This document shows positions 29,083 to 38,422 of a DNA stretch of 64,000 nucleotides, piece after piece. Position 1 is the stretch's first letter; the number at the start of each line of letters is the position of its first letter. The translations under genes were made by a program, and so were the position numbers. The notes under the pieces are model-generated. The model saw nothing but the letters and a program-made list of their open reading frames with translations. It was not told the origin of the DNA and made no database searches. Source of the stretch: a virus; the IMG/VR virus record IMGVR_UViG_3300032236_000443, positions 1 to 64,000 of that record. The stretch is one strand, 5' to 3'.

Positions 29083-29090
29083 GGGTCTCC

Positions 29091-30071
29091 TTAGATTGCT
29101 TGGATGTTTGGCTTGTTGCCAGGGGTGAATGGGGCGTTTTGAATCTTTGGAGCCTGAGCACCAGGGCCAGTTTCAAATGGCATTTGAGAAATCTTTGAGT
29201 TGAAGTTAGCAGCAGGAGCACGGTTAGGAACTGAAGGAGCAGATGACTTGCCCATTCCTGAGACCATGCTTCCGATAGAACCAATTGCACCAACGCCAGC
29301 GCCGCCAGCAGGCTTTGGAGTATTAATCTTCATCTGTTGGTTAGAAGGAGCCGCAGGTGCTGCTGAAGCACCAGGCATGTTTACCTTTGTTCCAGACCAA
29401 ATCATGTTGCCGTTGTTGTACTTTGAACCAGGAGCGGTGAAGGCTGGGTTTGCCTTACGAAGAGCATCAACAGTTGTGTTGTTTGCACTAGCAATACCAG
29501 AAAGAGTATCGCCTTTCTTGACGGTGTAAGCGCCACCAGCAGCGGGAGTAGTCGCCGCTTTAGGAGCAGCAGGAGACGTAGGAGTAGAAGGTTTAGCGCT
29601 ACGGTCACGGAATAGGCCATTGATACCGCCAGCAATTCCACCTACAGCACCTGCAATAGGACCAGCCCATCCAAAGTTCTTCATTGCACTCTTAGCGCCT
29701 GACTCTGCACCTTGAATAATGTTACGACCAGCAGGTGAAGCAGCAGCACCACGAAGAGCGCCTGCAGCACCGCCAACAGCCTCTGGAAGTCCACCAGTTG
29801 CAATTGAACCAATTGGTCCAAATGTTTTTGCAGCACTCTTGACGCCTGATGCAGCACCCTTTACGCCACCTGTTGCAATGTTACCTACGTTGCGCTCTGC
29901 AGTGCGAACTGCAGGAAGAGATTGTGCAGCACCAGCAGCACCGCCAGCGATAGCGCCAGGAACACCAGCAGCAATACCGCCAAGTGCAGCACCACGTGTT
30001 GCGTTAAGTGCTACGCCAGAGCCTGCAGGCTTTGCTGCACCAGAAAATTGATTTGGATTTAAAGCCGCCAT
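29091..30071 (-). CDS. LysM-domain protein with Gly/Ala-zipper N-terminus
   Basis: YTVKKGDTLSGIA...ANP...IWSGTKVNMP LysM domain; N-terminal LNPNQFS. Confidence 0.85.
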   Translation of the reverse strand: MAALNPNQFSGAAKPAGSGVALNATRGAALGGIAAGVPGAIAGGAAGAAQSLPAVRTAERNVGNIATGGVKGAASGVKSAAKTFGPIGSIATGGLPEAVGGAAGALRGAAASPAGRNIIQGAESGAKSAMKNFGWAGPIAGAVGGIAGGINGLFRDRSAKPSTPTSPAAPKAATTPAAGGAYTVKKGDTLSGIASANNTTVDALRKANPAFTAPGSKYNNGNMIWSGTKVNMPGASAAPAAPSNQQMKINTPKPAGGAGVGAIGSIGSMVSGMGKSSAPSVPNRAPAANFNSKISQMPFETGPGAQAPKIQNAPFTPGNKPNIQAI

Positions 30072-30106
30072 TATTTGTTACCTGCTTTCTTGGCACCCTT
30101 ACAGGT

Positions 30107-30355
30107 TTACTTACCTGTTGTTCGGTGATACTTCTGGACTGCCTTCACACCCTGTTGGACGTTCTTGGCTCCAGCCTTTTTGGATAGGTTAATTTTGTCA
30201 AACTTGCCGCCATTACGCTTGGTATGGTCAACAATAATTTCGCCCTTTTTATCCTTGTACACCTTATGAGTTTCACGAGCAGGGGAGCCAGGAACCTTGA
30301 TTGCCAAGGTCACTGGCTTCTCTGACTTAACAGGTTTTGCGGGTTTTGCTGGCAT
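30107..30355 (-). CDS. Small basic protein
   Basis: 82 aa, Lys-rich. Confidence 0.7.
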   Translation of the reverse strand: MPAKPAKPVKSEKPVTLAIKVPGSPARETHKVYKDKKGEIIVDHTKRNGGKFDKINLSKKAGAKNVQQGVKAVQKYHRTTGK

Positions 30356-30358
30356 TTA

Positions 30359-30529
30359 TTATTTCTTCTTTGCCTTAAGAGCCTTGAAGTCGTCACCCGT
30401 AATTTTGTTCTTTGGGTTAGCAGCACCAGCAATTTTCTTTTGCTTTGGTGATAGACCCTTTGCTGAAGACTTACCCTTGCCGTAGCCAGGTTCGCCCTTC
30501 TTCTTTCCACATCCACACTTAACGCACAC
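30359..30529 (-). CDS. 56-aa basic protein with N-terminal CxxCxC
   Basis: Manual translation from GTG with AAGGAG RBS: MCVKCGCGKKKGEPGYGKGKSSAKGLSPKQKKIAGAANPKNKITGDDFKALKAKKK. Confidence 0.75.
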   Translation of the reverse strand: MCVKCGCGKKKGEPGYGKGKSSAKGLSPKQKKIAGAANPKNKITGDDFKALKAKKK

Positions 30530-30539
30530 AGTTATCTCC

Positions 30540-30701
30540 TTACTTTTGCTTTGAAGCCCACATGTTATCCACTAGGTTGGGATAAGGGCGTCCTGCTTTT
30601 TCTGCTCTTGCTTTTGCTGCAGCCTTCTGTCCTGGAGACATTGGCGTTGATTTCTTACTTGGACTTTTCTTTTTCCAAGGAGGAGTGGTTGCTTTTGCCA
30701 T
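30540..30701 (-). CDS. 53-aa basic protein
   Basis: Manual translation MAKATTPPWKKKSPSKKSTPMSPGQKAAAKARAEKAGRPYPNLVDNMWASKQK. Confidence 0.75.
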   Translation of the reverse strand: MAKATTPPWKKKSPSKKSTPMSPGQKAAAKARAEKAGRPYPNLVDNMWASKQK

Positions 30702-30899
30702 TTACTTCTTCTTTACCTTCTTAGCAGCATCTTTCTTACGCTGCTCAGAGAGTGCGATAGCAGTTGCTTGACTCTTATTCTTTACGATGGGACCAGTTTT
30801 TGAGCCAGAGTGCAAAGTTCCAGATTTGTATTCTTTGATTACTTTCTCTACTTTGCCGTGACCTTTTACAGGGGTCTTACTCTTCGCTATCTTCTTCAT
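30702..30899 (-). CDS. Basic protein (DUF6496-like)
   Basis: KVEKVIKEYKSGTLHSG...QATAIALSE; start adjusted to MKKIAK. Confidence 0.7.
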   Translation of the reverse strand: MKKIAKSKTPVKGHGKVEKVIKEYKSGTLHSGSKTGPIVKNKSQATAIALSEQRKKDAAKKVKKK

Positions 30900-31080
30900 C
30901 GTCTTCTTCCTCGTCTTCTTCCTCGTCTTCTTCGTCGAGTGCGTCCTCGTCGAAGTCATCCAAGTCTACATCTTCTTCATCAAACAAATCTTCGTCTAGT
31001 TCTGGTTCGAAGTCAGTATCAACATCTTCTACTGGTGCATCAACTGTTGTGTCTTCTACTGTTGTTGTTTCTTCTGTCAT
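30877..31080 (-). CDS. Extremely acidic 67-aa protein
   Basis: MTEETTTVED...DEEDEEEDEEEDDEEDSEE with no Lys or Arg; RBS AAGGAG. Confidence 0.65.
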   Translation of the reverse strand: MTEETTTVEDTTVDAPVEDVDTDFEPELDEDLFDEEDVDLDDFDEDALDEEDEEEDEEEDDEEDSEE

Positions 31081-31090
31081 TGCTGTCTCC

Positions 31091-31624
31091 TTAGTTTGCA
31101 TATTGCTGGAATTGAGGGTCATTTACAAGTTCTTCGCCATTCAACTGGTTGCAGTCAAGTGTGACTACAGCGTAGTTGTTTGCATACCGTCCACGAGGTA
31201 GGACTCGTGTAGGAACGAAGACTTCGCCCTGAAATACTACACGGTCTTTGATGTGTAGGTTAGGGTCAGTGAGTAGTGCTGGTAAAAGTCTTTCAGCGTC
31301 CGCCACAGAAATTACTAGGCGCAAAGTATCGGTGGTGTAGTAGCCACGTTCGTTCATGATGTTGGTACCACGAAGTTGCTGAGCCATAATGACTGGCACT
31401 TCAAAGGCGTTCTTCCAACGACGTCCCTTACCAGGAGTCTGGCTAGATACATCATAGGTGTCGTCGTAGACATCAGTAGCATGGGTAGCCATGTAGTCAG
31501 CATCCCATACCCACCAGTCAACGATAGAACCTACTGGGTCACGAAGTTCGTCAACGACGCCTTCGTTAATGGATTTATTTTCAAAATCTATCTTGAAACG
31601 ACCTTGGACTTTAGTTCCACGCAT
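31091..31624 (-). CDS. Putative head-tail stopper/neck protein
   Basis: 177 aa, ERGYYTTDTLRL, DRVVFQGEVF; position in the morphogenesis region. Confidence 0.55.
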   Translation of the reverse strand: MRGTKVQGRFKIDFENKSINEGVVDELRDPVGSIVDWWVWDADYMATHATDVYDDTYDVSSQTPGKGRRWKNAFEVPVIMAQQLRGTNIMNERGYYTTDTLRLVISVADAERLLPALLTDPNLHIKDRVVFQGEVFVPTRVLPRGRYANNYAVVTLDCNQLNGEELVNDPQFQQYAN

Positions 31625-31632
31625 ATCGTCTC

Positions 31633-33045
31633 CTAACTTAAGGTAAAGGAGTCAGTAAGTGGGTAACGAACCATGATAATTCCAGAACCGCCTGTTCCGC
31701 CATAGCCGTTTGCATTTCCAGCGCTAACATAACTGCAACCTGAACCTCCTCCACCAGTATTTGGAAGCCCTGCCCCCAGGATTACTGAGGTGTAAGGAAG
31801 AATGTTAGGTTGGTTGTATCCCCCAATAATTCCAGAGGTACCTCCGCCGCCAGCGCCACCTAAACCGTTGGTTACGTAACCGCCACCGCCACCACCGCCT
31901 GCGTAGTAGTAGTGTCCTCCAACATATTGACCAGTACCTGTAGCAGCACCAAAGGCATCGTAGTAAAGACCTGCACCACCCGCAGCGCCTGTTGCTGTAG
32001 AAGCACTACCAGCAGCAGCGCCCGCACCACCACCACCACCAGCACCACGGTTAGCGGCAACTCCACCAGTTCCCGAAGAACCGTTGTTACCTTGACCGTT
32101 AGTTCCTGTACCTCCAGAGTAAACAGAGTTATCTCCACCGCCACCACCGCCAGAGCCGCCATTACCTCCGTTAGCGGTTCCTGCTCCATAACCACCACCA
32201 GTGGGTGCAGTTAATGAACCAAATTGCGATGAACCACCTTGAGCACCTGGGCTGTTAAAAGCGGTGCCACCTGCGCCACCTCCTCCAATAGTTACAGTGT
32301 AAGAAGTACCAGCAGTTAAATTCTGGCTAGTAAAGTAAGAGAGACCCCCAGCACCCCCTCCTCCTCCTTGAGTTGCAGCACCATTTTGACCGCCACCACC
32401 ACCGCCGCCTGATACTACTAAAATGTCTGCCGTTAATCCTTGGCTAGGTACAAAAGCATCTGATGCACTAAATACATGGTAAGCATAACCGCCAGAGTAG
32501 TAACACGCTCCTCCAGTACCTTTAAAACCAGAGCCGATACCGTAAAGAGTAAAAGTAGAGTTAGCAAAAAAAGTGCTTCCAGTACCTGATTGTATTGTTA
32601 TCTGTGTAATAGGCGCTGTAATTGTAGATAATCCTGCAATCATAATTTGGTTTGCACTTGCAGAGTTATTTTCTCCAACACTTTGTGCTCCCCAACATTT
32701 TGCTTGACTTCCAGTGTAGTTAGGAATGTAAATTTCGCTATTTCCAAAAGTGTTTGCAGTTGCGTTTGGTCCAGCAGAGTTTCCAGCAAAACCATAAGTA
32801 GGGGAGTAACCACCAGTAGAGTAGTTTACTGCAGAACCTGTTCCATACAAATATTTATGAGAATAGACTCCAGTAGTACCGTTAAACGCTAACACAATGT
32901 CATCTCCTGCTTGACCTGTGTTATTACTTCTTGCGCTAAACTCAATCTTTAAATCAGTAAAATTTTGAGGAATGTTAGTGAATACAATAGAAGTAGCAGT
33001 TGTTGTTAATGAGAACGTTTGAATAGCAGAAAATGTTTTAGCCAT
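31633..33045 (-). CDS. Glycine-rich adhesin-like virion protein (cassette 2, C)
   Basis: N-terminal SIVFTNIPQNFTDL domain plus polyglycine domain (YHVF...ILVVSGGGGG...GGSGIIMVRY). Confidence 0.8.
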   Translation of the reverse strand: MAKTFSAIQTFSLTTTATSIVFTNIPQNFTDLKIEFSARSNNTGQAGDDIVLAFNGTTGVYSHKYLYGTGSAVNYSTGGYSPTYGFAGNSAGPNATANTFGNSEIYIPNYTGSQAKCWGAQSVGENNSASANQIMIAGLSTITAPITQITIQSGTGSTFFANSTFTLYGIGSGFKGTGGACYYSGGYAYHVFSASDAFVPSQGLTADILVVSGGGGGGGQNGAATQGGGGGAGGLSYFTSQNLTAGTSYTVTIGGGGAGGTAFNSPGAQGGSSQFGSLTAPTGGGYGAGTANGGNGGSGGGGGGDNSVYSGGTGTNGQGNNGSSGTGGVAANRGAGGGGGAGAAAGSASTATGAAGGAGLYYDAFGAATGTGQYVGGHYYYAGGGGGGGYVTNGLGGAGGGGTSGIIGGYNQPNILPYTSVILGAGLPNTGGGGSGCSYVSAGNANGYGGTGGSGIIMVRYPLTDSFTLS

Positions 33046-34415
33046 TAGTTTGCATACCTCACAATAATAACTCCTGAACCGCCTGCGTAACCGATTAGGT
33101 GGTCTGATGTGACAGCGTTACCTCCGCCGCCACCGCCACCACCTGTGTTGGGAGTACCTGAAGAGCCACGAGACGAGCCTCCTCCGTTACCGCCACCGCC
33201 AGTGCCGCCAACACCACCGCTAGCACTTGAAGCGTAGCCACCGCCACCACCGCCACCTGCAATGTACCCATTAAAGCCAAGTTTAGTTGCGTACAACCAA
33301 CTGCTGTAAGTGTTTGAGCCAATACCGCCAGCACCGCCAGCAGTTAACCCTGTTCCGTTACTGCCGTTACCGCCAGCGCCACCGCCGCCAGCACCTGAAA
33401 GATAGGAACCATTAGAGCCAGTTGCACCTGTACCTCCAGATGAACCTTGACCTGAAGTAAAAGAGCCTCCAGAACCGCCACTGCCCCCATCAAAACCACC
33501 TGCACCGCCTCCGCCAGAGCCACCTGTTGAACCGCTCTTTACGGCTGCGGTAAGAGAGCCGCCGCCACCTCCGCCTACGGATGCGGTAAGAGCAGCAAAT
33601 TGTGAATTAACGCCATTATATCCACGTATGCTGTTGTCTCCAACAGAACTTGCTCCACCTGAACCTACTGTGCAAGTGTAAGAAGTGCCACTAGCAAGTG
33701 CTTGAGAAGTAAACGCTAAAAGTCCACCAGCACCACCTCCACCAGCCATGTTAGTTCCACCACCGCCACCGCCCGCAACAACGAGCACATCAGCAGTTAA
33801 AGCGGTTGCAGGAATAAACGCCCCTGTGCTCTTAAACGCATGGTAAGTGTATGTACCGTCAGTGCCAATAACGTCTCCACCGTAAGCCTTTGTGGGAACG
33901 ATAAACGTTGTATCAACGGCTTTAATCCCATAAATGCTTACGCTATCTCCTACTTTAAACCCGTCTGTGTTCTCAAAAATATTTATAGAAGTAATTGGGT
34001 TGTAACTTTTCCAAAGACCCGAACTAATTGTTTGATTTCCGCCTGTTGACATTTGAGTTGCCAATGCAGTTTTGTAAGTATTTGTACTGGAGTAGTTTAA
34101 AAGGTGCAGTTCGCACACTGCTCTTCCAGCGTTTACGTCTGAAGACGTTAGCATATAAAGACTTGCTACTGCTCCAGTTTTACCTGAACCTCCTGCAGAA
34201 CCATTTCCGTACAAAGATGTAGCAGAGTAGTTGCTTTGAGTGTCGCTATTGAACTGGACAAAAGCAGTTCTATCCCCATTACCTCCAGTTATGTTTCTGT
34301 ACAGATTTGTTTTAATAACTAAATCTGTATAATTTTGAGGTATGTTATTAAAAACAATAGATTTTGTGTTTACACCTAAAGTTTGACTAGCAATAAAAGT
34401 GTACGTAGATGCCAT
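33045..34415 (-). CDS. Glycine-rich adhesin-like virion protein (cassette 2, B)
   Basis: SIVFNNIPQNYTDL domain plus polyglycine domain ending GGSGVIIVRY. Confidence 0.8.
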   Translation of the reverse strand: MASTYTFIASQTLGVNTKSIVFNNIPQNYTDLVIKTNLYRNITGGNGDRTAFVQFNSDTQSNYSATSLYGNGSAGGSGKTGAVASLYMLTSSDVNAGRAVCELHLLNYSSTNTYKTALATQMSTGGNQTISSGLWKSYNPITSINIFENTDGFKVGDSVSIYGIKAVDTTFIVPTKAYGGDVIGTDGTYTYHAFKSTGAFIPATALTADVLVVAGGGGGGTNMAGGGGAGGLLAFTSQALASGTSYTCTVGSGGASSVGDNSIRGYNGVNSQFAALTASVGGGGGGSLTAAVKSGSTGGSGGGGAGGFDGGSGGSGGSFTSGQGSSGGTGATGSNGSYLSGAGGGGAGGNGSNGTGLTAGGAGGIGSNTYSSWLYATKLGFNGYIAGGGGGGGYASSASGGVGGTGGGGNGGGSSRGSSGTPNTGGGGGGGGNAVTSDHLIGYAGGSGVIIVRYAN

Positions 34416-35014
34416 TATTGAGCCACCTTAATTCCGTATAGCGCAACTTGTGAGTTTTGCTGAAAGTTTACTGCGTCTTTTGAGTAAACTTTTACGCTAG
34501 TAATTGCGTCAGAGTTAACTCCAGTGCCCGCTTTAAACCAAAGTCCAGAGTTAAGCATTGCAAATCCACCTGTAACGTTATCTACGCCGTGAAGCGAACG
34601 TGTTACTTTATTTTTATTTACATTTGTATAATCTAATATATCCACAATAGCGCCAAAAAAAGCGTTGTTTCCGACAGAACCATACCCAGCATACGCACCG
34701 TTAGCGCTGCTTGAGGCATAGGCAGAGACAGGGCTAGAACCTTGACCGTATAAAAGGTGGTAAGAGTAATTTGCTGAAGTATCGCCGTTAAATTGAAGGT
34801 CTAAATCTCCAGTAGAGTTAAACTGTCCAAAAATTCTTAGTTGCAAATGTGTAAAGTTTTGCGGAATATTGCTGAAGGTAATGTTTGCTTGACCACCAGA
34901 GGGTACAACCACTGTTGCGATAGATTGAAAGTCATTCTGAGTAGTGGTTTGGTCCCACACCTTAATAGACTTGGTGCTGGATAACCCAGCACCATTAAAT
35001 CTTTTAATAGACAC
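34415..35014 (-). CDS. Virion protein, paralog of 38422-39021 (cassette 2, A)
   Basis: ITFSNIPQNFTHLQLR...DILDYTNVNKNK...LYGIK. Confidence 0.75.
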   Translation of the reverse strand: MSIKRFNGAGLSSTKSIKVWDQTTTQNDFQSIATVVVPSGGQANITFSNIPQNFTHLQLRIFGQFNSTGDLDLQFNGDTSANYSYHLLYGQGSSPVSAYASSSANGAYAGYGSVGNNAFFGAIVDILDYTNVNKNKVTRSLHGVDNVTGGFAMLNSGLWFKAGTGVNSDAITSVKVYSKDAVNFQQNSQVALYGIKVAQ

Positions 35015-35036
35015 GAATGACTCCCCTTTGGGAAAA

Positions 35037-35273
35037 TTAGAGAACTAGAACGGCGGCTTCTTCTGCTGTCAAAGGAGTACCAGCGATTAACTTAGCCTTG
35101 GCGCTTTCCTTGAGAGCAGCAGTTGCTTCAGCAGCAGCGTCAGCAGCAGCCTTTGCTTCAGCAGCGGCAGCAGCGTCTTGGTCACGCTGTGCAATTTCTT
35201 GTGCAGTTAGGGGAACAATACGTTGTTCTCCAGTTGTGCAATCAACAATAATCTTTGTAGGTGTATCAGACAT
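35037..35273 (-). CDS. Small fibre-associated coiled-coil protein
   Basis: VDCTTGEQRIVPLTAQEIAQR...AKAKL..LTAEEA. Confidence 0.7.
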   Translation of the reverse strand: MSDTPTKIIVDCTTGEQRIVPLTAQEIAQRDQDAAAAAEAKAAADAAAEATAALKESAKAKLIAGTPLTAEEAAVLVL

Positions 35274-35638
35274 TACTTAACTTCCTTCCATGATGTAGTT
35301 GGTTCGTCCCATGAATAAATCTTGCCATCTGTAGGCATAGGTGTTGGGGCATCCCAAACACAGGTTTCTTCGTTCAATGTCCAAGAAGCAAATGGCTTTG
35401 GAGGAATGAATGCATCACGAACAGAGTCGTAAGTAAACCCAATTCCAGCATAGTTCTTGCGGAAAGGAGTACCGCCATTGCGATGCTCTCCAGCAATGGT
35501 GTTATAGGAAGTTTGCTTCCATGTACCACCCAAACCGAGTTCATCGGCTAAAAATGCTTGACCATCTTCCTTATCGTCTGCAACGACAAGTACACGAGTG
35601 ACAATGTTGTCTTCGTCAATTTCGGCCCAATGTGCCAT
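35273..35638 (-). CDS. Fibre-assembly chaperone-like protein
   Basis: MAHWAEID...WKQTSYN..FRKNYAGIG..YD..RDAFIPPKPF.SW...WDE; start adjusted, RBS AAGGAG. Confidence 0.7.
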   Translation of the reverse strand: MAHWAEIDEDNIVTRVLVVADDKEDGQAFLADELGLGGTWKQTSYNTIAGEHRNGGTPFRKNYAGIGFTYDSVRDAFIPPKPFASWTLNEETCVWDAPTPMPTDGKIYSWDEPTTSWKEVK

Positions 35639-35687
35639 AGATTTTCTCCTTGCTTGATTGTCTAATGATAAACAGTTGTTAGTTAAT

Positions 35688-37067
35688 TTATGCCTTATAC
35701 CGAACAATAACTACACCAGAACCGCCAGCAGCACCGCTGTCTGCTCCAGTTACGATAGGTAGGCTGTAGCCCCAAGTTGCTCCTCCACCGCCACCTCCAG
35801 TATTTGTAAGACCAGCAGTAGGTAAAGAAGCAGGATTTGAAGTGGGAAATTGACCTCCACCCCAACCTCCCCCACCTTTTGAGCGGTAAGTAGGAATGTA
35901 ACCTTGGTAAGCGCCCCAGCCTCCATTAGTTCCAGTTCCTTCAGTACCACCGTTACCACCACCACCGTAATACGCCGATAAACCGTATACGTTTCCAACT
36001 GGGTGTGAAAAACCGTCTCCACCAATAGAGCCAACAGTTCCTGTTGTAGCGCTGCTATTCAACCCGTTAGCACCTGCTCCCGCACCGCCGCCGCCTGCAA
36101 GGTGAGAATTGTCGTTACCATTTGCAGTCTGACCACCGATGTAGCCAGTAGAGGTACCATTTACAACGTTACCTGAAGAACCACCTCTATCTGGGTAGTA
36201 ATAGTTAACTCCACCTACACCGCCACCAGAAGAAGTTAAGTTGTAAAACGTTGAAGATGTACCAGCAACAGCAGTAGCACCACCAGCAACTGCACCAGCG
36301 CCACCACCACCGATAGTTGCTACGTAGCCAACTCCTGGTGTAAAGGTAACTCCAGTAGTAACGCTTACGTAACCGCCACCACCACCAGTTCCTTGAGGTC
36401 CTCCTGCTTGTCCTCCACCTCCACCGCCAACAACCATGTAATCTGCTAATAGACGAGTAGAAGGTTGGAAAGACCCAGTTGAGTTAAAGATGTGGTAAAC
36501 ATAAGTGCCATCAGTAGTGACAATTCCACCATTTGCTTTTAGTGAATTGCCAACTACTTTCGTCATATCTTTAATGCCGTATAAGGTGAACTCTGAGTTT
36601 TGAGCAAAGTTAGATGCAGAAATCATGGTAAAACTAATAGAGGTAATTGGCGAAGTATTTGACCAAGTTCCAGACATAATATTTTCATGCCCAGTTGAAG
36701 AAAGAGCATCTGCAACGTTGTTTACAGAAAAGTTTTTAGGGTAAGAAGATGTGTAATTAGGGATGTAAATTTCCGTACTGTTAAACGTGCTTGCAGTACC
36801 GTTAGTGCCCCATACAGAGCCTACATACCTAGCAAGAGACGATGATGATTTGTTAGTTCCATCTGAGTACAGGTAGATGCCTGAAAAACCTGTAGTAGTC
36901 CCATTAAATGCAACGTTCATACCTTGCGCTGCGGAATCAGTGCTGCGTACAGATAGGTAAACCCTTAAATCAGTGTAATACGAAGGTATGTTAGAGAAGG
37001 TTACAGTAGTGTCTCCACCAGTTGCGCTTACAGTGTAAGAGCCAATTTTTGTCATTGTCTCATTCAT
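35688..37067 (-). CDS. Glycine-rich adhesin-like virion protein (cassette 1, C)
   Basis: VTFSNIPSYYTDL domain plus polyglycine domain ending GGSGVVIVRY. Confidence 0.8.
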   Translation of the reverse strand: MNETMTKIGSYTVSATGGDTTVTFSNIPSYYTDLRVYLSVRSTDSAAQGMNVAFNGTTTGFSGIYLYSDGTNKSSSSLARYVGSVWGTNGTASTFNSTEIYIPNYTSSYPKNFSVNNVADALSSTGHENIMSGTWSNTSPITSISFTMISASNFAQNSEFTLYGIKDMTKVVGNSLKANGGIVTTDGTYVYHIFNSTGSFQPSTRLLADYMVVGGGGGGQAGGPQGTGGGGGYVSVTTGVTFTPGVGYVATIGGGGAGAVAGGATAVAGTSSTFYNLTSSGGGVGGVNYYYPDRGGSSGNVVNGTSTGYIGGQTANGNDNSHLAGGGGAGAGANGLNSSATTGTVGSIGGDGFSHPVGNVYGLSAYYGGGGNGGTEGTGTNGGWGAYQGYIPTYRSKGGGGWGGGQFPTSNPASLPTAGLTNTGGGGGGATWGYSLPIVTGADSGAAGGSGVVIVRYKA

Positions 37068-38422
37068 TAGCGTGCGTACCTCACAATGATTAGTCCAGAA
37101 CCACCAGTTCCACCTGCACCTGCCTGAGAGTTTCCACCAGCACCTCCACCAGTGTTAGCAAGTCCATTGGCTTCAGTCTGGAGGTTGTCGTTACCTCCAC
37201 CTTGGTTACCTGCACCACCGTTACCGCCTCCGCCATTACCTCCAAGGCCGTGACCGTCCCAAGTACCGTCTGAACCTCCGTTACCTAAGTTAGCAGCACC
37301 TCCGCCACCACCTGCGTAGTAAACCGTTCCTGAAACATTCTGCCCTGTGTTGGTTGCAAGGCCCCATGAAGAGTACGCAGAAGTTCCTGCACCACCGTTA
37401 CCGCCATGATTAGCGTTACCAATTTCTCCAGCAACTCCAGCACCACCACCGCCACCGCCGTTGCGAACATTCGTAGCACCATTACCACCAGAATTACCTT
37501 GAGTACCAGTTCCTGTTCCACCTATGCCAGGAGTGTAACCACCACCACCACCTCCAGAACCACCATTGGCTCCGTTGTCACGGGATGAACCTCCTGCAGA
37601 ACCTCCACCAACTGCAGCGGTTAGAGCACCAAACTGTGAGTTGCCACCATTACCGCCAATACTGCCTCCACCGTTAGCACCGCCTGCACCTACTGTGCAT
37701 GTGTACGAAGTACCACCTGTAAGAGATTGAGATGTAAGTGCTACTACACCGCCCGCACCACCGCCACCACCAAAACGCCAGGTAGAACCGCCACCTCCAG
37801 CAACTACAAGGATGTCAGCAGTAAGGTTACGGGTAGGTGTAAATGTACCTGTTCCATTAAACACGTGATAAACGTAAGAAGAGTCATAGGCAATAGAGGT
37901 TCCGCCAGAAGCCTGTGCAACTCTAGCGTTTACTGGGCTAATGCCGTATAAAGAAAAAGTAGAACCAGCAGCAAAAGTATCGGAGTCTAAGTTAATAGTT
38001 ATAGATGTAATAGGTAAGAAGTTTCTCCACGTACCTGTATGAGCGTCAACTCCTCCACCGCCTCGGTCTGCTCGTGACATGATGGTTTTGTAGACAGTTG
38101 AGTTGGAATATTGAAAAATATCTACACGTCGCATACCCCACTCAGTGTTAGATGGAGTAGCGTAGTAGTCAATAGTTAAGTTGTTTCTGTTTGACCAACG
38201 ACTTGAGATAGGGCTACTTCCAGTTCCTGCCATAACTGTGCTGGAGTAATTTGCTCCAGTATCTCCGTTAAACTGAAGGTTTACGTAGTTAGTTGTAGTT
38301 GAAGAAGCAAGGCATGAAATGACTAAATACAAATCTGTATATGTTTGGTCAATGTTTGTAAAAGTTACACTAGCCGCTGATGAGTTTAACTTAATAGACT
38401 GTAAAGGAGTATTTGTTGGCAT
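37067..38422 (-). CDS. Glycine-rich adhesin-like virion protein (cassette 1, B)
   Basis: SVTFTNIDQTYTDL domain plus polyglycine domain ending GGSGLIIVRY. Confidence 0.8.
   Translation of the reverse strand: MPTNTPLQSIKLNSSAASVTFTNIDQTYTDLYLVISCLASSTTTNYVNLQFNGDTGANYSSTVMAGTGSSPISSRWSNRNNLTIDYYATPSNTEWGMRRVDIFQYSNSTVYKTIMSRADRGGGGVDAHTGTWRNFLPITSITINLDSDTFAAGSTFSLYGISPVNARVAQASGGTSIAYDSSYVYHVFNGTGTFTPTRNLTADILVVAGGGGSTWRFGGGGGAGGVVALTSQSLTGGTSYTCTVGAGGANGGGSIGGNGGNSQFGALTAAVGGGSAGGSSRDNGANGGSGGGGGGYTPGIGGTGTGTQGNSGGNGATNVRNGGGGGGAGVAGEIGNANHGGNGGAGTSAYSSWGLATNTGQNVSGTVYYAGGGGGAANLGNGGSDGTWDGHGLGGNGGGGNGGAGNQGGGNDNLQTEANGLANTGGGAGGNSQAGAGGTGGSGLIIVRYAR

Noticed and set aside
30310-30516. ORF-track 68-aa call
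   Set aside because: Wrong frame; the overlapping frame 30359-30529 has a proper RBS and fits the gene packing
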